From: Antedon mediterranea
Taxonomy: Eukaryota; Animalia; Echinodermata
Direction of reading: 5' to 3'
Assembly (NCBI RefSeq): GCF_964355755.1
Contig: NC_092670.1
Span: 40,970,388 to 41,034,387, forward strand
DNA length: 64,000 nucleotides
Part shown: piece after piece, positions 1 to 12,200 of the stretch
Position numbering within the stretch: position 1 is the stretch's first letter
Layout of the letters: each line of letters starts with the position of its first letter
Notes under the pieces: generated by a model
Told to the model about the DNA's origin: nothing
Databases searched by the model: none
The model's input: the letters and a program-made list of their open reading frames with translations, nothing else
Position numbers and translations under genes: made by a program

Positions 1-82
1 ATGAAATATTTTCCCCAGTTAACTCATAAACAGATTTTGCATTTTCATTTAATTAAAAATGTTTATCCAAATAAAACGTTAC

Positions 83-295
83 CAATCCGCCTTCATTCTT
101 GGGTCTCAGCTTGCAGCATGTAGCGTTTAAACTAATGAGGTTGCCGCATACTAGACAAAGTGCTGGACTCTTGAGGGCAGCATAACACAAATTGCACTTC
201 TGCTTGCTGTAGTGTTGAAACAATTTGCTGAAGTCATGAGGAAGTTGGATGAGATGTGGAACAGAGTAGTTAGCATGATTTAATGCCAGTAATTG
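83..295 (-). CDS. UBR3: UBR3 exon 32 (C-terminal Cys-rich domain)
   Basis: [25 protein letters not shown]...[19 protein letters not shown]. Confidence 0.93.
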
Positions 296-3200
296 CTGTA
301 AACAAAAATGTGTTTACAAAATATATATACAGTATAAAAGAATATAAATATAAATCAAAGAGCTGCATAGGCAGGGTAGATAGAAAAAATCAAAATCAAA
401 CAAGTTAAATCCGCCTCAATATAAATTTATTAACATGACATGTTTTAGACATAGCCCATCATCAGGTGAAGAATACAAGAAGTTGTCTTTCTTATGTAAC
501 AGGAAAATCTCAAAGTATGGTTTTGTCACGCCTCGAACTAACTTGGGCTGTGTTCAAAATTCAAACTCACAAACTGAAAACAAACCTGAGTTTGTGAAAC
601 AGATCGTATTGCTACATTGTCAAGTTCCGTACACCATTTTAAAATGGTTGCCAGGTCGCTAGTGTTGACGTCGTCATTTCTTACTACGTTTGTTAGCTTC
701 AAATAGCTCAGGAGTGTGTCAAATTCAGATTCTCCTTCCTAAAAGATAAATACAATTAGAACATTATATTAGGTGACAATTTAATAAATTTCTTTTAAAA
801 TTATTTTAAATTAGCACATTGGGCCTGTAGATTAGCTTTCCCACTAGCCCAAACTAAATTTTACCAGCCATCCATAGTTTTAAGACAAAGTTTGTTTGTA
901 TGCCAGAAATCAAATAAAAATCCTATTTTATACTTTTATAGAAACAAATTGACTGTCCAAAACAATCAGTTGCTTTGAGATTTTACAGGCGTGTGGTGGG
1001 TTTACCGGTCATTGGTCAGCGAACTAAATCTGACACTGATACCTTTGAAGCTGGAAGGTCAACACGATACAAATAATGCTGTAGTAAAGATGCTATCTGA
1101 ATAAAGTTCATTGATCCTTGCTCTACTTCATTCAAGATACTGCCTCTTGTCCACACGGTTGAAGTTATCTAAAAGACGAAATACAACGAGGTTGATTGGG
1201 GATACCATTATATCAACTAACACAAAGAAAAAATAGAAAAATCAAATAGTTTTATGTTTTACCTCTTCAACATCCATCAACAATGTTGATTGGAGATACC
1301 ATTATATAAATTAACACAAAGAAAAAAATAGAAAATACTTTAAAGTCTTTTACCTCAACATCCATATGTGCACCTTCTTGATACAGTTTACCCCGAATAA
1401 AATATCCAATCACAGAACTCAGAATTTTCTCAACAGGGCACCCACCAAACCCCTGTAAAATACAAAAAGATCATCTGTAAAGATATATTCATGTTTTTAT
1501 TCCTATTTATTCCATATAGAGCCTATGATCAAGGAGTGTCTCGAACCTGTGCCACCGATATTATGATTGTGGTCATGGCAAATAAACCACGGAATAAATA
1601 ATTACTCTATGATCAAACAAAATTAAGTGCTGAAACCTTATTTATCTATTAAAATAAAAAACATGTATACACCCATTGAGACAGGATCCTGTGCTGTGCA
1701 GATTCAGCTGTGCTTATGGCCCATTAACAAAACTACTTATGTACATACTTACATACTGTTACTTATAACATAAATAAGATAGAATGAAGTGGGTAGATGT
1801 TTATAAGAACAGTTTTCATTATATAAATTTGGTAACAAGTAAATGACATTGAAAACTAAAACATGTATGACTAAATAGCAGCATAGACTGTGTTCATGTC
1901 AGGTGGCAGCAAAGTCAGGAAACAGCTAGGAAGGAAATAATCATATATATTTAAATTTCCAAAGTAAAAACAGATAAATATTAACAAGAATTGTCATCAA
2001 AGATCAGAATCAGATTGTGTTGGAAAATTCAATTGGTTAATTGGTTATGCTGCCCTCATATTTAAGAATTATTAAATCAGAATAAATTATTCCACATGCT
2101 TTTACTTAACTTATTTCTACTACAATATCTGAAGTGAAACTATTAGTAATCCTAATTTATTTATTTCGTTATCTATATTTTAAGTTTACAATTTAATATG
2201 CATGTTCTTTCCAGCTTCCCTTTTATTGCAAACAAATATTTTAATCTATATATTAAAACATGTTAAATAAAAACAATATGGAATTAATGTTCTACTAATA
2301 TTAATTAGAAGCAAACTAAATGGAGACTTTTCCCATATATATTTGTAGATGAGATTTATAACATATGATATCTGAAAGATTTCAGGAAGTTAGTATATTA
2401 AAGACAGTACAACTAAAATTACTCATAGAGAATAAGTTGCCTGGACGGAAAGAGAATTTAACGATGATGATAGAACTCGTAGCCAGGATTTTTACAAGGG
2501 GTTCGTTTTCTTCAAAAAGCTCTGTCTACACTATCAAACTAGTTTGAAAAGAAGTTGTGATCTTCTCAAAATATGGTAGTTGATATGATGTTTTTGTGTC
2601 CATATGGGCACATCACATGAAGTTTGATAGTGTAGACATTGCTTTAGCTTGGCTACAGTAGTTAGGCATATTTACCATTACTTCCAATACAGGTCTCTAA
2701 ATGGAAAGGTCACCTCAAGCAACAAAAAAAGAAAAGGGGGAGGGGTTATCTTGTTTAAGTATGTCGATACCTTTCCTGAATGCTTGTTAGTTTCTTGCGC
2801 CGGATCACATAAATAAGCATGCATACTAACAATATTGGAACTAAGTAATAAATACTGGTATTAAATTTAAAAGTAATCCATGTTTAATATATTATAGTAT
2901 ATAGGCCTGTGTGTGTGCCCGTGACCTGATCATCAACATAACAATTAAAAAATTAATACAAGCAATTATACAAGTCTGTACATATTATACATACCCTAAA
3001 GCATAAATCCAAATACTTAACTTCTTATCTTAATTACATTAATTAGACTATCAATAAAAAGGATTTTTACAGATTGGAATTTAAGATATGTTATCCAGGT
3101 GTCCCAGGTGACAGGATGCAAATTACATTACGTTCAAGTTCAAGTAGACTATCACACAAAGTAATTATAATATTAACGATTAGTACAATTATATTGAATT

Positions 3201-6200
3201 TATATAGTATCCTCCAATGGGGAAGTTTGATAACACAAAACCCACAAAAAAAATACCTCGGAGCAAAATGAATTTAATCAGTAAAAATAAAATGAATCCT
3301 GATAGTTCACTTAATATTATGAGGGAAATAAAGATTTTGGACTTAATGATTCATAATTAGTTGAGATCTTTAAGTCAAGTTGAATATTGTGTTCTATTTT
3401 TCTTTTATACCCAAAGGCTAAATATAGCTGCCTGCGGCAAATAAAGACACATTTTTACTGTGATTTATTCATGCTTTTAAAAAAACAGTTATAAACCGCC
3501 ACCCCCCCCCCCCCCCCCCCAAAAAAAAGGTGGACATTTAAGAAAGCAATATAAGCAAAGCAATTGTATGAACATACTATATTTATTAAATTAATCATAT
3601 TCACAAGATAAAGATGTTTATCTTTATGAACATAAACATAAAATCACTCAATTTTAATTCATTCTGTCAACATGAAGAATATTCTGTTAGCCTTCGGTAC
3701 TGCAAACTACCTATTTTTAAATACCTGTTTTTGCTGGATGTTTTTTATATGGTGAGTTACTGGCACATGAAAGGATGTGCGTAGGGGTCTTCTCAATATT
3801 AGTAACAATTGACGTCAACAACTACATCATTTATACATTAAATATAAACCTAATTTAAAATTGAGTCCAAAAATTTTATTTTTCTTGTAAAGATATAAAT
3901 AAAGTACAATAATTTGGTAACAAAAAGGGGCAAAATCTAAAAAGTAAAGCTTGTGAGAGGCAGCACATGAACTGAAAAAGAAAACACGGGACAACACGGG
4001 AACCAGAAACATGAAAAAAAAACTGTAAGGAGACTAATTAAATAGATAGAATACTGAAGGAGTAAAATATAAATAAATTGATTCTACTTGAGATGACGTA
4101 GACGCAAGCGAGTTGACCAATGACAAGTGATAGTTTTAATAATCTATCGCTTGTGATTGGTCAAATCACTTATGTCCTTTAAGCTTTAAGTCGGTTGTAA
4201 CTTAGATATTATTTGGATCAGCTTAACACAAGTGCGTGTGAACACAATTGAAAGCTCTTCAATATACACATTATGACATTCTTTTGTTTGATGATGTTTG
4301 ACTGCAACATTACTCAAAATACCTTGATTAGTGACATTGAATTCTGCTGATGTAACACCAAAGGTCAATGCAATATACAATGTCACTTCACCTCATCAAG
4401 GCTAACGATTTGACTAACAGCCTTTTTTTGCTGCATAATGCCAAATAACTAATAATTGATTAAAAAGCGTTCAAAGGGTCAAGACGCCGCAACGGTAGTC
4501 AACTCTAGATGTAAGACATGTCACAATGATACTCTCCATTGCTGCAAAAGTCGAACAGCCTGTTCGACTTTTGCAGCAATGGAGAGAGCATAAACCGGTT
4601 TAGGTTATTTAATTAAATTTGTTTGTAAAATTATATATCCAGGTCAGTCCATTACATTTGTGGTGTTTCCAGGCTGCAAAAGTGGTGTATTGAAATATTT
4701 TGTAGAATTTATTTCCACAAACTTTTCAGGAGAGAGCTTGCACCTATAAGCCACCAAAATAAGATAAATTAGTAGTATGGTAGTTCCCATTCAATTCAAT
4801 TCATTGTTTCAGTATATTCTCAAAATATATTTATTTTTCTAAAGAAAAATTATTTAATTGTATTTCTTTTTGGCAATTGTACAAATTGTGAACACAGAGG
4901 AATTTGTTCAAAATTAGAACTGAAATAGTGTTTGAATTAATTAAATAAGATTTTCAGATTAAATCTAAAAATTGTAAAAGCATGTTTGTAGTTTGCACAA
5001 TCAGTTTATAACATACGTTGTCACGGTAATAAGGGGAGGAAAGAACACACATCGAGGGGGTTTAACAGGGCTTTATTACGAATGATTAAATAATTCCAAA
5101 CGACAGAAAGTGGGATGGTTGCCATAGAGGTGATGAGAGCGACAACAGCTACAGGATTAATTTAATTAATAAAAAAATAATTTATCATGTGATTTATTTG
5201 AGTTAATTTAATACAAATAACGAAAGTTATTTAAAAATTAAATAAAATTGCATTCATTGAATTTGTTGAAGTAAAAGTTTTAGGTAAATCTTCATCTACC
5301 TGGGAGGAAGACTTTGCTAGGAGTGACAAGTCTTTATGACTGATAGAGGAAAAATTACTTCTCTAATAATAAAAGTAGGGATTAAAGAAAAATTTTTTTA
5401 GGTACAACCTTTTGTTTGGTTTGGTGCCTCAAATTGTGGTATGAACTGGATACACTTGCAAAATTGATAATACTAGATGGTATGGTCGCTTCGCTCGCGT
5501 ACCATCTAGGTCGTACCCACAGATGGTTCTCGAATACACAGTAATTTCAGCGTAACAAAACTGGCGATTTCAAATGTGGTACCGCAGGACTATAATAATT
5601 TACAGAAACGAATAAATAGACACGATGATTTATGTAGTCAACTAAAATTAGCACCCTGGGAATTACTTCCGAAGGAGAAAGTTATTACAAAATGAGTCCA
5701 AATTTTTTATTTGGACTCATTTAAAGAAACCCAATTTGTGTTTTGTATGTAACATTAGGGTTGAGGGATGGGAAAGCGGATAGGTACAAAGAAGAACAAT
5801 TTTTAAATATATTCTTTATCCACTCAGTAACGAAATATTTCTTTCATGTTTTATAGGCCTATAAATAATATAGGCCTACATCTAAATACAGTAAAACATT
5901 TGCGATTTAATACTTTGTTAAAACTGTCACTGTCATAATCGATTGAAATACACGATACACCACTACGACGTTTATATTTTTGGTAATTATTAATTAATAC
6001 AAACGTTGAGAAGGAACTGTCAGTATAAAGTTTATTTGTATATAATATTAATAATGTGTTTATATATCTAACAGTAGAGCCTTTCCACAATCTCAGTAAT
6101 AAAGTTTATTTGTATATATTTTTATATTACATCATTTCAGTACGAACATTCACAGTAAGAAATGTTCGATTCAAATGAGGACCAACAATAGTTAATAGGT

Positions 6201-9200
6201 ATTTACAGTATTGTCGAGGTATTGCAAGTTTTTTCTCAAAGGACACATATATTTACCTACCTATGTGTTAAACAAAGGGCTCATAAATTTACCTACTTGT
6301 GTTAAACTCTGGCAGACTGAGAGATTGGGATGTTCCATTCATCGCAAATCAATACATTTGTAGAATCGTATATTAAATCTATCAAAATAGTATTTTTTAA
6401 AGAAAATCGGCCTGTCTTCAACATTATGATGCTGTACTCTAGCTGTTCAACCGGTTTTCAGCTATTAAAAACAATTATCGTAGGAGGAGATAGGAAAATG
6501 CAAAGCCTCCTCGCATTTTTGTGGCGGGTATTTTTCAAGATGGACATCCATTAGACAGTGTATACCACGATCGGAAAACACCCCTCTTTGGGGCAAATCG
6601 TTGAACCTAAATTCGTTTTAATCGTCAATAACGAATTATCTAACTTAATTTAATTAGTAAATAGGGTTACATCAGGTGGTTAAAATCAGTACCAAAAGTA
6701 CGAACCAACTTTATATACCATCGAGTAAACATTCTAGAAATAACGTGTGATTTACCGAATTTTGCCCTTACGTAAATTTATATATAGATAACAAGTTTTC
6801 TTGATAAAATTAGATATTAAGCAACATACACTCTAGTTATGAAGTATTCTAAATTGCATTGAACTCTTTTGTGCTTTAAACTTTGAGAGTGAACTGTTTG
6901 CAACAACTCAACGATTATTAACAATTAATACTCTGGTCAAAGGATAATTCCGACCAACAAGCCTGTGAAAAATATTCGTTTGCGGTTTCAGAAGTCAACC
7001 GATGAAAGAAATAAACTTCCTAATAATGTGCTATTCCTGTCTGGTAGTCTAGGGCTTAGTTCTTAACCCGCTGTTTCTAATTTACAACTACAATTGAGGA
7101 ATATAAAACAATAAGCTGTTATACTAAACAGATGAAACTAAGAACGTTTATCGTTTTCAACATATGGTCATTGTCTCAACTTTAAGAATCAACATATATT
7201 TTAAAGATAAACAGTATATAAAGGACTGAGATAAAGCTACTTAGAAAATTAAAATAAAGAAAACCAGATAAATTACCTTTCTTTATCATTTTCAGTTATT
7301 AACTGAGTATTTAGCTGTGTCACAGTGGTGCAAACTCTTTTAGATATCTACTTCTATTCTCTCAGCCATGTAAACAAACAAAAAAGTATTTTTTATTTAG
7401 TTCATATTTACTGTATAGTAATCAGATTTTAGTGGGCAATATGCATTTTAAGAATATAACTGAAGACACAAGATACTGAAGCAAAAAATACCAATAATGG
7501 CTCATTAATTTAACTAATTAAAAGTACTATTTTATTTGTATGTGGTTTTTAAGGGGAAGTTTAGATTGAACAAAACATGCCCATGGATGAGTTGAAGGTT
7601 GTAACAAACAACAGGTGTCAGTCAAGGTCAATTACACTCTTTTATTGACCTATATTTTTAATGTTAAAACATTGGTAAATAAAATAGGCCTATAATGCTT
7701 AAAAGTCAATATCAATTTTTGTGAGTAAATCAAGTTTAATCTTTTTAGTATGTGATCACTGGTAAATATCAATAATTTTAAATAAATATTACTAAAAAAC
7801 ATCGCTCTAAAATGACCTCAATTCTGAACTCAATCAACCTCAATTAGATTTTCATTTTCTTCTTTTTTCCATTATTATTTCCTGTCTTTATTATTAATTT
7901 CCTACTACCTCTTTTCATCTTTTCCCGCAGTGCGTACCTCAACCACGCCAATTTATATCTCCTGCCCTCTATACTCTAATCACTCATTGATTGCAGTAAA
8001 TCAATCAAGAAGTTGTGTATGAATTATGAAGAATCATAATATCATAATTTTAGTAGTAGTAATAAAAGTGATGGAATTTACTCGACTAAATCAGGTGACA
8101 TAGTAATGCCATCATCACCTTCATAATACACAAAGAATCTAAATATTGTAGATTTAATTAAAACTAATTAACTTTTTGTAATTGGCCAAATCATTGAAAC
8201 AAAAGTGAGCAGTCACTAAATCAATTATATGAATAATATTATTATCTAATACCCCTTCATCTAATAGTAGTGATATAATCAAATTGACAACATGTGAATT
8301 GTGTGTTTTTTATATAACCATTAAAAAAAAACCTTTGACTTCAAATCGTCAAAAAATGTAATATTGCAATAAAAAAAAAATATATGAAAAAAAAAACAGT
8401 AGCAGGAAGACTTATCTCAATCTTGAGTAAATACTTTACAATGAATCAGAAAGAACCTTGGTACATGTGAGCTATTTATCTGTACTGTATAAGATCTTGT
8501 AACAAGGTACGAAGACTGACGTCTCAAAGCTAGGCTAGTGACTGATTCAACAGGAAGCAAAGTGGCCCCTCTGGGGATTCATAATCAGATCTCTCCCCTA
8601 GAAATTACGATCATTGCGCTACCTATTTTAGGCCTTCAATTCACTCATTCATATGATGACATCATCGTGTCTACAAGTGATCGGTTTTGTCAGGTTTATA
8701 GTGAAATTACATTTTGGATTTTAGTCATTCTTTAGTCTGCCACCATTCTAAGAACACAGTCTTAATTCTTCCCAGCAATCAGGGGGATATGTCCGCGGCA
8801 GGACACTCATTATGGATAACCAACAGAGTGATGAAACGGGTTTTATCATACTTTCATTCTAAAGGTTTGGCTTATTGACAAAGCGACTGTCACAGTACGT
8901 ACATTAAGTTAAATTGAAAGTGTCGCTTTACATTTTGTAAAGATCATATGTGTTTGAACATTTGACCAGATGGCATTCACTCCAGAAGAATTTCAGAAGA
9001 TCGAGGGGTTTTTTGGAAGTACACAACCTCGCATTGGATCACGAATCCGCAACGGTAACAAATGTATTCGACATTCAATTGACAGCATTTACAGTTTAAG
9101 TACATACGATACTGAATATGAAACACTGTCTCAACTCTTAGATTCATCTAGTCGCAGAGCTGGCCAAGTTTTTAACGATAAGTTTACCGTGATTGATTCT

Positions 9201-12200
9201 GTGCTAAAACTATCTCTGATGCGCAGATTGCGCTCACTGGTGAAATTCTCAAATGCAAGCTTCACGTCAAGTAAATTTACAAGCGATAGTGGATTTGAAA
9301 CTGCTTGTTCACATTGCGTTTCTCCAAATTACAGCGAGGCAGCTGATTCGGACGGTGATACATCTGCAAACTTAAACGATTTACTAGCAAGTAACGAGTT
9401 TAACGGGTACGACTTATGTGAGGAGGTGAAACAGCACGATTACGAGACAACTGACGAGTGTCCTGTTGAGAACATTTACCAAGATCCCGACCTCTTAATG
9501 GCAGGAATGGATGAATCAAACGTTTACCAGGATCTTAATGACGTTGATTTTGAATTAACTCAGTCGGGAGAATCAACAAATCCGATGTGTTTTTATCAAA
9601 ATTCAAACAGTGTTCACAAATCAATGCTATTTGACGAATCAGGTGAATCGATGACATCATTTTCCAGCACCGCATCTGGAAACAACAACTTGTTGGACTC
9701 AATAACACAAGCATACATGATGTGTACTTTACACAAAAATCAAGCATTGACATTATTCTGCAGCAGTCATAACTGCCGTGTAGCCGCTTGTGGTGTTTGC
9801 GCGGTAGAATTCCATAAAGGATCGCACCACAAACTTATTGCTATCTCACAAATTCCGAAAGTTCAGAATGAAGAAGATATTGAACATCTTACGCATAAGA
9901 TTAAAGACAGAAGGAATTTTATTCAACAAAGTTTACGAAAAATGGACACGAAAGGAAAACAATTGAACACGAACTTGACGATTATTCAGAAAGAAGTCAT
10001 GAAAACATTTCAAAATTGTCGGGATGTTATCGACCAACGGGAACAAGAAATGCTAACAGAGGTCAGTATGTCATACAGGGATTTACGGAGTAAAATATTT
10101 GATAAACGTAACGAGATGAAAAAGAGTTTAGTTTTGCTAGATGAAAGAGCACCCGAAAGATCGCGCACTCTTGGACAAACTAAGCAATCACGATCAAAAA
10201 GCCAACGAATGCGTAATACGCTTAACGAATTGAGTATGCTCGAACAAAAGGAAAAGAAAGAGAAGATTGGAGTACTCGGATATATCCGCAATATGAATGT
10301 GTTTACAAACGCGTTGAAGGATTTAGGGAATGTTGTTGTATTGAATCGTAAACCTACTATGTTTATTATTGACAAAGGATTAGCTTTACAAGGATGGTTG
10401 TTTAAATTTAAGTTTGAGTTGGTCAACACAGATGGACATCCAGTAAGTGAACTGTTAACTGTAGCTCTTACAGGACCAACTGGTCAGTCACTCCCTACAG
10501 AACTAACTGATAACAAAGATGGTACGCATACCATCTCATTCACGCCACAAACACTGGGCACGTACAAACTTAACCCAACAGTGTTTGGCCATTCGCTGTT
10601 TGATAAACCCATTGATATTCCAGTATGGGTACCAACGCTGGTACCAGAACACCATGGTAGTACACGACCATACCGAGTAAAGGTTGTTGCAATGGACATT
10701 GACGGTTGCGCGCAGATGTTTCCGCCTAATCTACCATTTGTTGCTCAGTTTTATCGGAATCAGGGTGAAGAGGTCTATTGTAATTTATCGTACTCTGAGG
10801 GAAAATACTGCGTTACGTACAACTTGCGTAAACAGGGAGATTATCGCATGAATATATTACTGAATGATCAACATATTATGTACAGTCCTATGCATGTTAC
10901 CTATCAAACCAGACCAATTAATAAGGCTACCATCCACAGTGAAAGGAAATCACACAAAAAAAAGAATGATCGTTGAAAATCTGATGAAGTTGTTTTGTTC
11001 ATAAACTTGCTATTTTGCTTTTTAGTAAATTATTAGCAAATAATGGTCTAATTTACATGCTTTTTACTGCAAAATAAAATTACTTAACAGTAAAAAATAA
11101 CATTTTGTATGTACTGTAATAATCATAGACCAAAGTTTACTGCAGGCACAGATTTAGGCAGGGGCTAAACAGGCTTTAGTCAGTCATGTCTTTTAAAAAT
11201 AAAATAATGATTTTTTTTTCTGCAACGCAACGGATCATTTTTATCATTTATGAAATATGTAGCTCCCCTAATCTATAATGCTGGATCCGTCACTGTACTG
11301 AACTAAAACTCATAGATTGATTTTTAATTGAGATCAACAACATGAACTTCTATGAAAATTTTACTGGTGGAAAAAAGGCCAAAAATAACTAAGGTTATTT
11401 ATCTGCTTTAAATGTTCATTTTTAGTTATAATTATGATTTTAATTATGATTTTAATTATGATTTTAATCAGGTAATTTTACAGCTGATACTGTTTTACAC
11501 TTTATTTTTAACATAACGACATGCTAGTAAATTTTGTAATTCTTGTTGGCATTTGGAAAGTAGTGTCCAAAATTGTCAAAATATGCGATATTAAATTAGC
11601 CAGATTCACCAACTATAATGAACAGTTTCACTTTAAGAAAACAATCACTGAATTGCAAAGTCAATTATAATTGGAAAAAGTGTCACTTGAGAATTCATAT
11701 TACGACGTCTAAGTTTCATCTTGTAAATTGTGTCAAAGTTAACAAATACTACATTAATGTTTCTCATTGTATTCATAAATATTTAAATTATTTTTAAAAT
11801 ATGAACCAAAATATGTACAATATGTGTTTTAAATCAATGCATCACAATAATATAATCATATATTTATCTTTCTGAATGGCTTCCCATTATGTCTCTGTAT
11901 TAAAATAAAATTTCATATTATATAATAAAGTTAAGAAATTAAAACTAAATGCGTTATAGTCTGTGATATTACTGTCTCAAAGTTGAATAAGATTGTTGGA
12001 TTACAGAATCAAGTAAGGCAAGATAGTGCAAACACTCGCTCACGCATTCAACAGATTCCAAAATACAGCATCAAATGTGTTTCAAATGTATCGCCTAGTA
12101 TCATAGGCCATAACCAAACTCTTAATCTGACCTTATATGATACAGGCATCGCATGTGACACACGTGATATCCTATATTGTGGAAATTTCTTATGATACTG

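Noticed and set aside
5019-5328. Possible solo LTR (TGTCAC...GTGACA)
   Set aside because: Flanks (ACGT / AGTC) are not a target-site duplication, and there is no PBS/PPT or second copy
5472-5510. Hairpin CTAGATGGTA...TACCATCTAG resembling a Helitron 3' end
   Set aside because: No other end or second copy could be identified; too little to call
10010-10699. Minus-strand ORFs of 139 and 71 aa
   Set aside because: Antisense shadows of the TRIM-like coding sequence
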